A stretch of 64,000 bases of DNA from NCBI GenBank assembly GCA_020137815.1, contig CM035355.1:6076001-6140000 (forward strand). Direction: 5' to 3'. Origin of the DNA: Hormiphora californensis (lineage: Eukaryota; Animalia; Ctenophora). Made by a program: the position numbers and the translations under genes. The notes under the pieces were generated by a model. The model was not told where the DNA came from, did no database searches, and was given only the letters and a program-made list of their open reading frames with translations. The stretch's first letter is position 1. Each line of letters opens with the position of its first letter. Positions 37,113 to 49,020 of this stretch are shown here, in pieces.

Positions 37113-37363
37113 AGGGTGGTATTAGTTTAGTTGTGGGGGATTAGGAGATTATATATTTAGTTTATGTTACGGTTGTTTTAGGGACAATTCTGGGCTCTTG
37201 TGATGTTAGTGAGACAATGATCTGAGGAGAGATTTTGCCGGTCAAAGTTCTTCTTGTGCTTAACCCCCAGCTTTTGTTTCTGCTTTTTTGAGGGTTTGTT
37301 TTTTTGTGATTTAAGTTATTTGCTATGTTTATAAATTGTTAACTTGTGTTCAGAGACCCATAA

Positions 37364-38504
37364 GGTCACGGTCAAAAAGTCTGCTGAAAATTGATATATT
37401 TTTGAATTTACTCAATCGTGGATAAGATCCACTCAATAGTAAAATTTTCCGAACTCAGCCCACTCAAAATTGTTCAAATTTAATTAAACTGAAAAGTCCA
37501 ATTTAATTGCTTTATCTGTTTCTCTGTAATCAGCACTTAAAAAGTGTGGATAACAAATCGTGTGGATAACGGGCTCAACCTCACGATGATCGTGCTAGCA
37601 ATTTGAAATTTTAGTATACACAAGAATGGGTACTCACAATATGAATTAGCTTGGTTTTGTCAACTTTTTTACTCAACTTGTGTGGATAACATCAGTTTCA
37701 ATCATAAATTGTTACTCAACCGTATGAAAGAGAGTACATTTGGTATTTATTTCGGGTTTATTGGCTAGAGCTAACATTTTTCTTCGAAAATAAGCTTCCA
37801 CTTCAACAAAAGGATAACTCAACCGGTGTGGATAACCATTTTTGTATCCTTTGGTCAGCATTAGACATTTCGATTCTCATTTATCCACATCGATTGAGTA
37901 AGTTATATGACCAGGAAATTACAGTTAAAGACCGTACTCAACCAACAGGACAGTTTCTGAGCATTAGTTAACTCAACCTGTGTGGATAACGTCTCTTTAC
38001 TGCAAGGGCAAATATAGAGGATTTTAGCGGGAAAAAGGAAGTTATCCACACTGGCTGAGTATCGAATTGGAGCTAATCTAGCTTGTCCTTCGAATAGATA
38101 TGGGTTAGGAACATTTTGCAAGTTGAGTAACCAAAATTGTGGATAATTTACGCACCGTCAAGTTTGGGAGGCTGCGTATCCACCATGGTTGAGTAAAATT
38201 GACTCAACCGTATGTGACGAGGTTCCCAGATCAATTATCATTGCAATTATCCACAAAATGGAGGCATAGCTACAGAGATTACTCAACCAGGTGGATATTC
38301 ATAAAACTTGTGTTTTTATCCACACTGGTTGAGCAATCGATTTAATTATTTAAAATTAATATAATTTAAACATATTTTGACATGCTTACAAAATTTTAAG
38401 TGTCTAGAAGGTGTCTAAGTGGTATAGAAATTAGTTTCAATAATTTTGGTCGATTTTTCGAACCCCAAAAAATCGAAATTTCAGCAGACTTTTTGACCGT
38501 GACC
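37364..38504. mobile_element. 1.14-kb non-autonomous TIR element with 26-bp TIRs (GGTCACGGTCAAAAAGTCTGCTGAAA) and a 4-bp ATAA direct flank; interior filled with ACTCAACCNGTGTGGATAAC motifs
   Basis: ATAA|GGTCACGG...CCGTGACC|ATAA. Superfamily uncertain (Kolobok- or Sola-like from the 4-bp TSD). Confidence 0.8.
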
Positions 38505-38804
38505 ATAAATATATATGAAGTGACGTCACGTCATACAATGTACCCGACGAGACCCGCTCAATGTTAATTGTTAGGAGAAAATAATTAATTTAAAAGTTCT
38601 CATTTTCACTTCTATCAAGCCTATCAAGCGTGGCTTTGATGCCTGTTTTAAACCTGCCATTTTCCTCATTATACCATGACATATGATCACTAATTTGTTT
38701 TTTGAAGAACCTATAACCCAACTCAATTTGTTTTAGTAGCGTGTAAATCATATGGACTCCTATTTATCATAAATCATCAGCTCCATGTACCCCAAATCCT
38801 AATA

Positions 38805-38894
38805 CAGTTGGACCCCGATTTACCGGGATACTCGGGGGAAAGAGTTTTGCCCAATGCCCGGTAAATCGGGGCCCGTTAAATCGGGGTCGGACTG
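38805..38894. mobile_element. 90-bp MITE of the CAGT.GGACCCCGATTTA family
   Basis: TA|CAGTTGGACCCCGATTTA...AAATCGGGGTCGGACTG|TA. Confidence 0.75.
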
Positions 38895-38962
38895 TACCAT
38901 TTCCCACCACTGTTTTCTTCTTCGTAACTTCTCCAAACCCATTCTTTCTTCATTCCGCTGAC

Positions 38963-39058
38963 CTCTCTTTAGTCTCTCTTTAGTCTCTCTTTAGTCTCTC
39001 TTTAGTCTCTCTTTAGTCTCTCTTTAGTCTCTCTTTAGTCTCTCTTTAGTCACTCTTT
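38963..39058. repeat. 11-bp minisatellite (CTCTCTTTAGT) x~8
   Basis: Direct repeats. Confidence 0.9.
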
Positions 39059-39254
39059 TGGTGTCCCTTACAATATCTGAGCAGATCAGAGCCCTATGTG
39101 AGCCCTTTGTGTTCATCTTTATTGTTCCATCCCTAATTCATTCCTCTCATATATCCCCTCTCTCTTGTTGTAGCTCTCTCTCTCTCTCACCCTCCTATCC
39201 CTCCTATCTTTATGTAGCTCTCTCTTACCCTCCTATCTTGTTGTAGCAGGAATA

Positions 39255-42200
39255 ATGAGTGTTTGTAGCTCTCTGACGAGGACTAAACTGGCCATTCCTG
39301 ATCGAAGGAAGATGCTCTTGTTAGCACAGGAGGTTAGTTTTATTTTACTAGCGCATGAGGTTGAAATATTAGTTTAATGTTCGATTTGATTATTACTTCA
39401 TTGTCACATTGCTACTTTTATTATTTTCTATCCCCCCTGCCAGATGAATCAGTTTGGCTCACTCCGTGGTTTCAAGTACTTCACAGTATTCGGTCGCAGC
39501 ACTGAGGAGATGCTGGTGACGGTGTACAATAACAATTACACGGTCCCAGAGGGAGGGGAGGTGGCTGACATTGCAGCTGAGAAGTTGGACCTCGTTAACT
39601 TTGATCCAAGTAGGTGTCCCCCTGAATTGGAAGTAATGATCATTGAAATGATTGCCGTGATCTTATTTATTTGGCACATTGTTTACCTTATATTAATATC
39701 TCCAGCCTGGTCCAACTAACCTACTCCTCCATCCTGTTGTTTTCTGACTAACATGCCCCTCTCATACCCCTCTAGTTGATATTATATCAAACTAAAACAT
39801 TCCTCCCCCTCCAGTTATGGTGGACCAGGAACATCCCCCTGGCAGCCCATCTAGTTGATATATATCCTCCTAACCCACTCCCTCCCCCTCCAGTTATGGT
39901 GGACCAGGAACATCCCCCTGGCAGCCCATCTAGTTGATATATATCCTCCTAACCCACTCCCTCCCACTCCAGTTATGGTGGACCAGGAACACCCCCCTGG
40001 CAGCCCCTCCAGTTGATATATATCCTCCTAATAGTAGAGTCGATAACTACATCGACCTCTCCCAATTGTTCCAGTTTTTGTCACATCTATTTGGAGCCTC
40101 GACACGACCTCTAAACAGGTGTTACTTTTTCACAAACTGTTTTCATCTTGGTGTAATCAGCAGTTGAAATGTTGCTGATCATAACAAAAACCTGACTAAA
40201 TTTTTTCAACTTGGGGTAAAACCATGGGTGTCAAAAGTTAGCTCTAGGTCCCCTGAGTAACCATCCGGAGACTCTAAGAGATATTTCAAGCCGTTCTCCC
40301 GTAATCATTAATCCCGGTGGAGAAAAAAATACAATGCGGACGTACGTGAGCGCTGGCAGGCTGTTTACATGTTATTGTATGTCTCTCACTCTCTCTGGAA
40401 AAACCGCACGTGCGGTTGCGCCGCGCGAGATAACTCTTTCTCAAGGGGGAGAAAAGAGAGAGACGCACATTAACGTTATACATTAAAGTTGAGGTTGTAG
40501 GCAATTGCACGTACGTCCATACTCAAATATGTGCTCTACCGGGATTAATGATTACGGGAGAACGGCTTGAAATATCTCTTAGAGTCTCCGGATGGTTACT
40601 CAGGGGACCTAGAGCTAACTTTTGACACCCATGGTTTTACCCCAAGTTGAAAAAATTTAGTCAGGTTTTTGTTATGATCAGCAACATTTCAACTGCTGAT
40701 TACACCAAGATGAAAACAGTTTGTGAAAAAGTAACACCTGTTTAGAGGTCGTGTCGAGGCTCCAAACAGATGTGACAAAAACTGGAACAATTGGGAGAGG
40801 TCGATGTAGTTATCGACTCTACTATAACCCACTCCCTCCCCCTCCAGTTATGGTGGACCAGGAACATCCCCCTGGCAGCCCATCTAGTTGATATATATCC
40901 TCCTAACCCACTCCCTCCCCCTCCAGTTATGGTGGACCAGGAACACCCCCCTGGCAGCCCCTCCAGTTGATATATATCCTCCTAACCCACTCCCTCCCCC
41001 CTCCAGTAATGGTGGACCAGGAACATCCCCCTGGCAGCCCATCTAGTTGATATATATCCTCCTAACCTACTCCCTCCCCCTCCAGTAATGGTGGACCAGG
41101 AACATCCCCCTGGCAGCCCATCTAGTTGATATATATCCTCCTAACCTACTCCCTCCCCCTCCAGTTATGGTGGACCAGGAACATCCCCCTGGCAGCCCAT
41201 CCAGTTGATATATATCCTCCTAACCCACTCCCTCCCCCCTCCAGTTATGGTGGACCAGGAACATCCCCCTGGCAGTCCCTCCAGGACACAACCCTGTGAG
41301 GTGGACGAAGAGTGCACTACATACCTTATTGGGTGTTATGAAACCTACCAGAGACCCTTCGTATGGGTCAGATCTGCCCACGCTCGACTTGCAGAACGGT
41401 AATGAGCAATCATGTTTGGATACAACTTTCAGTGCAGTCTAATTTATCTGTCTGTCAATCAGTTATCAATGATGGCTTGTTTTCACGTGGTTTGGCCACG
41501 TGATCCAATAGATGTCCGAAAAAGTGTCTCTCTCTCTCTTTCTCTCTCTCCCCTCTCTCTCCGGCCTCCTCGTCTGGCTCTCTTTCTCTCTCTTTCCTCC
41601 TCTCTCTTTCTTTATCCATCTATCTCTCCCTCTCTCTATCCGCCCTCTAATCTCTATTGCTGTTCCATGCTATTGTTTGTTTATGGGGTTGTGTTAACAT
41701 TTCACGGCCCCGGCCCCTTCTTCCTTCACATGTGGTCTTTGTACCCCCACCACCACGAATTGGCCTTCCCTTTCTTACATTTTGCAATTTACCTTTTTTT
41801 CATATTAGAATGGGCTCTGTCTCTCCATGCCTATAATAATTTTGAAATTTACCAGAATAATGGTCGGACCTTCCCTTCCTCATTCCTGACTACATAATGG
41901 TAGCCACATTATGCAGCCAGCTTTGTATTTATCCCCATTTTGTAACTCTGTACGTTATACTGTTATCTAACATTGCATGAGTGCAGCCCATTATATGACG
42001 TCACACGGGACTTTAATATGACGTCATCTCCCTGCAGGTGTGCAATGTACGGAACAGTAGAACGAGATAGTCCCATACCCCTCCACGTCTTCACTCGTTA
42101 CATGACAAACCAAGTTATCTCTGTATGGGACATTGTAGCTGAGATTGTGTTGCTCACAATGGACCCTCCACCCGCTAATCCTTTTGAAGTTGATCATACA

Positions 42201-42544
42201 TTTCTTGATAACCTCCCATCCGCCGCAGAACAGGTGAATTGTTACCTCCCCTGGTAGAATGGGGTTGTTTGTGTGCCATTTTCGATAACTAGTCAACCCT
42301 CTGCTGTTGTTTGAATTTAACCTTTAGAAACCATTTGAATCTGAAATCGAGAAGGTTTTACTCCTTTACGATCTTGCTCACTGATGCTATCTTTCTCATC
42401 CAGGCCATGGTATCTGGTGCCTTGCTCCACGCCTTCCAGTCCTTACTAGCCATGGATTCAGTCTGGGTGACGGACGCCATTTTGAGGGATGTCAAACACC
42501 TCTCTCTTCGACACATCCACACTCTTCCTAGTCTACTAGCTTAA
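39255..42544 (+). CDS. Uncharacterised protein; exons 39255-39332, 39444-39609, 41245-41398, 42038-42233, 42404-42544; ~244 aa
   Basis: Five in-phase GT-AG exons. The globular-looking sequence has the motifs GSLRGFKYFTVFGR, YLIGCYETYQRPFVWVRSAH and DSPIPL..VWDIVAEIV..PANPFEVD. Confidence 0.75.
39773..41280 (+). repeat. 79-bp tandem array (9 copies) containing the exon-3 acceptor and the first ~33 exon nt
   Basis: CCAG|T(T/A)ATGGTGGACCAGGAAC at 39811, 39890, 39969, 40844, 40923, 41003, 41082, 41161 and 41241. Confidence 0.95.
40032..40824. mobile_element. 793-bp MITE with ~285-bp near-perfect TIRs and TAA TSD (PIF/Harbinger-type), inserted in the 79-bp array
   Basis: CCTCC-TAA|TAGTAGAGTCGATAAC...GTTATCGACTCTACTA|TAA-CCCACT. 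The empty site CCTCCTAACCCACT is visible in neighbouring repeat units. Confidence 0.92.
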
Positions 42545-43180
42545 TTCTAGTTGATGCCATGGCCCATGAGCGTGAACCCCTTTCGTGGACCCCACGAGGG
42601 CCAATCACTTAGTGAAACCAGCACCGCTATAGTCTACTAATTTGAGAAGCAGGTATACTCTCTCTTAGTGTGAGTGGGTATAGTGACTCCGTGCTTGGAC
42701 TGGAAACCGTGACAAACCATTGGGGGTGTTCCTCGTATAAGGATAGGAGAAACTATTTAACTTCAGATTTCAGTGATTCCAGATTCCACAACTACATGTT
42801 GTGATTAAATGTGTTATTATTCAGGGTTCAGATATTTATTAAGTTCGATTTTCTATTTGAGTTTATTTGAATTTATTTGAGTGATGTTGTTCGTGTGTCA
42901 ATTTGTTTCATAATTTCTCTTTTATTTTCTAACATTACCTAATAACCGTTATATTTAATGAGTCGCATTGTTTTGACCTTACCATTCAGCAAACCCATGT
43001 GGCCCCTTCTTCACTCGACCCACTCCTTCTCTCTCTAGCGAAGGCGAGTCGAGCGAACGCGCGCGAGCGAGCGAGAGAAGCTCTCTGCGAGCTCGAGAGA
43101 GAGAGACGAGAAGCCGCGCACACACACACACTCCTCTTTTCTCAAGCCCTGTCAAACCCAACAACTCTTTTTAGACAAGG

Positions 43181-43549
43181 ATGGGCAGTAAAACGTCCAT
43201 TATGCTTCGTCCGGAGGAGATCCAGACAATTTCCGACAAAACAGGGTTCACTACTCGGGAGATTGTTCGACTGTACAACAGATTCGCGTGAGTACTAATT
43301 ATATAGAATATCTAATCAGTTATAATTAGTAGTAATTTTCCCCTTAATTCCCCCCATTTCAAGTTTATACACGTCCTGTGAGTGCTTCTTTTTTCTATTG
43401 TCTAGTAGGATGTTCCCAAACTGTCTAGTAGTATGTAGTCGGTTTGTTACCTCCGATCTTTCTCTCGCGTGTCACGAAGGCCTGTGAGCTAGAAAATTGT
43501 TTTGAAGAACACCTGTCACAGAAAAGACTAGAGAGAATAGAGAGAGAGA

Positions 43550-43601
<52 letters not shown>

Positions 43602-45313
43602 AGAGAGAAGAGAGAGAGAGGAGAGAGTAGAGAGAGAGAGAGAGAGAGAGAGCGGAGCTCGGATCGAGCTCGAGTCTATGTAGCCCGAGCGCTTTCTCTC
43701 TCTCTCTCTCTCGCGCTCTCTCTCTCTCTCTCCTCTCTCGCTCTAGTGATTTCTCTCTCTCTCTCTCTCCCTCTCCCAAGGTGTCAAATATCTTGATATA
43801 GCTAAATGGCTCTGGACGCATGATATATTATACAGCTATTTAAAATGTTCATGACTGACCTAATCTATCTCTCTGCTGTAGCGCATCTCGCTCCACTATA
43901 GCCCGTTCAGATTGTCTCTTTTAAATATAAAGGAAGTATGGTCAATTATACACCCCCCCCCCCCCCCCCCCGCACGCTAAAAAGTACATGGTAGTGCCCC
44001 GCTCTGCACGTTGTATATAACATCCCCCCCACTATAATAATAATAATAATAATACTCAAACAGTTTGAGAATATGGGCAGGATATAAGTTTGAGTCAAAC
44101 TTATATCCTGCCCATATTCTACAGGGACAGCAGAGCTTTACAGATGCTGTCACTGAAAGAAACTCAGAGCAGTTAACTAACACTATAACAGGTGCCTGGA
44201 CAAGACAAGGTCTGGCTCTCTCCCCCTCTAACCCCCTCTACTACCTAGGTGCCTGGACAAGACAAGGTCTGGCTCCCTCCCCCCTCTAACCCCCCCCCCC
44301 CAACTACAGGTGCCTGGACAAGACAAGGTCTGGCTCCCTCCCCCTCTAACCCCCCCCCCCCCCAACTACAGGTGCCTGGACAAGACAAGGTCTGGCTCCC
44401 TCCGTAGGGAGGATCTCCAGAATATTCCTGAGTTCAGTGTGAATCCTCTCTGTGGACGAGTCATTGAGGCTTTCTTCTGGGACTCTGATGAAGTGAACTT
44501 TATGCAGGTAACTTTATGAAGTTATTCAGGTTACTTAAATATTGATCCCTACCCTCGCACCCCTACCCTCCCTACCCTCCCACCCCTACCCAGTACCCTC
44601 CCACCCCTACCCTCCCTACCCTCCCTACCCTCCCACCCCTACCCTCATGTTATCCAATATGAACCTTTTAGTACTAACTAAGTATAGCCAATTCGAGCCC
44701 AACCTCTCCCTCTTTCCAGTTTGCCATTCTCCTCTCCACCTTCCGACCAATTCGAAAAGCCACAGTGACAGAATTCAACAATCGGGAGGGGAAAATTCGT
44801 TTTCTTTTCCGACTTTACGATGTTGATAAGGATAACCGGTTGTCAAAAGACGATTTTCATGAGGTAACTATCCAATGCCCAATGCCCATACATAGAGATA
44901 TCACGTTATGCCCATATATGATGTTTCACTGTTTCAAATGCCCATATATGGTATAACCCGAACTATCTCCCCAGGTCCTATCTGGCCTTGTTGGTGGTAC
45001 AGTTGATCCAGACGAGATGGAGAAGGTCATCATGAGAGCAATCGATGAAGCAGGTAATTTATTCTACAACCATTTCATATAAATTATAACACACAATTCT
45101 ACAAATTCTGTCCCCCCTCCACCGGCCACAACCTTAACATTTTTTCGATTCCACCCCCTCTAATTGTCAACACTTTGTCCCATTTTTTAAAACGTTCATG
45201 TCTCTCCAGGAGCGGATATTAACACAAGCGGGGAACTATTTATTACATACGACCAGTTCAAGAAAACACTCGACCACGTGGACGTGGAGATTCGATTGTC
45301 AATGCCCTTCTAG
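43181..45313 (+). CDS. CHP1: Calcineurin B homologous protein (EF-hand, N-myristoylation Gly); exons 43181-43287, 44372-44507, 44720-44863, 44975-45053, 45210-45313; ~189 aa
   Basis: MGSKTSIMLRPEEIQTISDKTGFTTREIVRLYNRF, LDKTRSGSLRREDLQNIPEFSVNPL, FRLYDVDKDNRLSKDD and VEIRLSMPF*. Exons are in phase. Confidence 0.9.
44187..44402 (+). repeat. ~60-bp tandem array (4 copies) containing the CHP exon-2 acceptor
   Basis: AG|GTGCCTGGACAAGACAAGGTCTGGCTC, with the AG ending at 44191, 44248, 44309 and 44371. Confidence 0.93.
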
Positions 45314-46330
45314 AAACTCTAAAGGAAATGTTCTGTTCTGAATTTGAAAACTGTTTTTGTGATCGACACACGGACCTACACATTGTTTTATCCCTGATTT
45401 ATGTACATAAGTTACCATTTCAACTAATAACACATGACTACAATTTGAAAGAGGGGGCACGTTTGTGTGAGAGAGAGAGCTATATTTTGAAAAGGAACAC
45501 TGGAGGAAAGACAGATATTTTTTCCCTGAAATAATTTACAGATCTTAACAGAGATATTGTTGAATACTCATTACAAGTTTTAGAGAACACTTTTGTAACG
45601 AAAATCCGAGTTTTAATTTCTTACATATTCTTCCGGAACGTTTAACGGAAATCCCGATACCACTTTATCCTCATCTTCACGACGGTGGCCCCAGAGATTA
45701 CTGATTTACCCGCTCCTTTAAAACGGATAAAAGGCTTTTAAATTCGTATCGGGGGGATATGCCGGAGATCGGATGATTGGGACGTGACTGGAAAAGCGGG
45801 CGGGAGAGAAAGAGATGGCGATAGAGAGAGATAGAGAGGGAGATAATGATATAGTGGACCCACGTGGGGTGATAGCAACTGCACTTATATCAATCCGCAA
45901 TCGGGAATTACATTTATTCCATTTTAATAGGTGGTATGTGAAAGTGGCTCTCGAAGTTGTTGTGCAAGGATGATCAACCCTGTAAGTAACTCTATCTATC
46001 TATCTTTCTGTCTCTATCTGTCTATCTCTTTTAATTTTCCGTTTTCATGATTCCTGAGATGTTGTCACAAAGGTACCCTTTTATCTTTTGTTCCCTTACG
46101 CCCAAACCCCTAGAAAAGTTATTTGATAGAGAATAAATTAGAGGAGAGAAAAGGAGAGAGAGGTAGAGAAGGAGAGGGAGGGAGAGAGAAAAAATATAGA
46201 GAGGGGAAGGGAGAGAGCAAAAAAGGTGTGAGTCAGATCGATCGTGCTTGGAGGAAAAAATTTCAATTTACTCAGCTTATTGTATAGATGTGGTGAGCTA
46301 TTTTGAACAATAGAACACCCCCCTCTATAT

Positions 46331-46384
<54 letters not shown>

Positions 46385-47529
46385 GTTGAAAATTATAGAG
46401 GTAGCTTTATATAAAAGGGGCCCCTGACAACTTTTAAAATGTTTCTCGCTAGCCCACATGTTACCAATTCTCGCAGCACAAAGGTCGTCACCAATTCAGC
46501 TTCATTCTTCTTTTTCTTAGAACCACGCCTAATTTCTTAGCATCCGGCACGCCACTAAGTCTTCTATATCTTTATGTCCTTGATCTTTGATTTTGTAGTC
46601 CTTTTACAAAAGTTTTTTTACACTGGTGCTCTGTCATATTGGCCACCCAGTGGTCGTTTTGATCTTGTTGATGGTTTTTCTGTGGAGGTATATACCTCGT
46701 CTTTTATATGTCTACAGCATCTACCTTCTTATTCAGGGCGGTATCATATTCTGTCAGAGTTGTCAGTAATATACGACCTTTTTTCTCAAACGGTATAACA
46801 GTCAAACCTCGATAAACCGTGCAAACAGCAAAACCCGTTCTGGTAAATCGAGGTTTGATTGTACATAGTAAAAATTGGAAAGTTTTTTATACTCAAGTGC
46901 TTTTTTAGAACATGTTAAACATGTTAAAATCCTGCTTGATGCTCCCTCGGTTTCCAATCTTGTTAGTGAACCTTGTGTTGTGTTCTACTCGCCCACTCAT
47001 TTTGTAAACGTAGCGCGCGGTTAGGTTGCTGTTATGAAAGTACAGCAATTCAGCAGTGCAACAATCGTCCGTATAGTGTTGACTGACGGAAATGTGCGAT
47101 TAAAACACCCTAAAATATACGTGCGTGTTGATAACTTCAATATAAGGAAGGTTCAAGGTTAGCCGTTGATATGACAGTTTTAGTTGACATTTGAAGGGTT
47201 TACTTCGTTCTTTGCATAATCTTTCTATCAAGGTTAGGTTATTGACTGATATTCATGCTAGTATTCTTCATATTTTAGAATTTGGTACCATTGCCACCTG
47301 TTCAATCCTTCAACTTCGATCTCGAACAGGTGTCTATATCACAAATACCTTTAATTATGGGTGTGGGGTGAAACTAGCAACTACTATACCCAGGAACCCA
47401 TAATCTCCCAAAATCACGAATCGTCCTTTTTAACCCTCGTCCTACTAATGTTATATGATGGGTGATGACACCATAATTTTGTTTTGATAGACTGATTACA
47501 ACTCGACTTTAACAGCGCTGATAAAATAA

Positions 47530-49020
47530 TTATTTTAACACAAGTAATAACATTAGAACCGACACAACCTCCAAAGCTCCGACACTAGTCATAAACACTA
47601 AACACGCCTCTACTGGTAACACAGCCACAATAGTGGTACCCAGAAGTGGCCCTAGCCCCGAGATACCTTCAATTATCATTCCTGAGGTAGTCCGTACAGT
47701 GTTCACACTAATAACCTCTGTCTGGTAGATCCAGAAGAGCAGTAACTCAGCGGTGGTCATGGCTTTCACAAACCCAAACAAGATGTCTCGAGGGGTTGGG
47801 GAGAGGGGTAGGGTTGTTATGGCGACAAAGACTAACAATTTGACCAGAACGGCCCCCGTCATTAGTTGGAGTGAGTTGTTGTAGACCCTGAGAAGGTAGT
47901 AAGATAGGCCCTTAGCCATGATAGGGCCTATCCCATGTATCACAACCATACTCAGAAACTGTCCTCCGTAGACTATGTTACAATTCTCACTGTTCTCATC
48001 CAACGCTATGTTGTCCTCTTGGTAAACCGTCGGGAGAAGGGTTATCAAGCCGTACTTTTGGGCAATGTTACCAAACATCAAACAGCTCCCGAGGCCCGTC
48101 ACTAGGATGTCTGTTTTGGTGAAGGAGTAATCTTCTTGAACCGCCCCAGGACACTCCTTATCTTTTTCGATGACCTCCTTCTCGGCAGTAGTGTCTCTAT
48201 AGCAAAGAAGGAGAAGGAAGGAGATAAGGTGGAAGGGGACGGCACAGGTCACAAAGAATACCCTCCATCCGATTGCAGCAAGTGCAAAATACGCGTAGAG
48301 AATTAGGGTCATGATACCAAAACTAAAAGACAAGATGTACAGGAAGACACCCTTTTGTGCAAGATCTGGTTCCCTGCACTGCTCCTTCCAGTAGGCAAGA
48401 CCAAGATACCAGTTGATGCCAACCAGTAGGCCCATTGCGTATCTGGTTACCAGGAGCACAGTGGCGCTGTGAGACAGGACTGTTGCTATGGTAACCACTA
48501 CCGTTGCTACGAGATCGCACAGGATTGTGAATCTTATTCCTCCTTTTCGCACCACCAGTCCACCAATTAGGGAGCCTGAAAAGAGAGAATAGTGGTCAGA
48601 TATATATCTGATGGGGTGAACTGTAGAAAGAAGATCTACCTAGTTTAATATCGATATTGAACTATGTAGATCTTCCTTCCACAGTTCACCCCATCATCTC
48701 GGTTATCCACCCCCTTACTCAACAAGGTTCAGGTTGGTCGGAGAAAAGCTTTTCTACTGCACCCCCCCCCCTCCATGTCTATATTATATCCACCTCCCCG
48801 CTCACTTACCAGTGCAGTACCCCGCATAAAAGAGCACGTTCAAGGCTCCATATTTAGTCTCCCCGAGGCTCAGATCGCATGATATTGCAGGGGTCAAGAT
48901 ACCAGCCAGGTAGAACTCCACCGCGTCTCCCATTGAGAGAATGAAGAGAGCAGTTAGGAGGAGGCCATGTTGGGGAGAGGGAGGTGTTGGGAGGATGGGT
49001 TTCTGTTCATCAGCTGCCAT
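47530..49020 (-). CDS. Major facilitator superfamily transporter, SV2/SVOP-like; exons 49020-48810 and 48575-47530; ~418 aa
   Basis: GDAVEFYLAGILTPAISCDLSL resembles SVOP TM1, followed by G-S-L-I-G-G-L-V-V-R-K-G-G-I-R (degenerate motif A), many TM segments, and a late E-VISVNTVRTT motif. Confidence 0.8.

Noticed and set aside
37364-38504. Bacterial contamination or a true oriC
   Set aside because: Bounded by TIRs and a direct-repeat flank, and embedded between spliced eukaryotic genes; kept only as a motif curiosity
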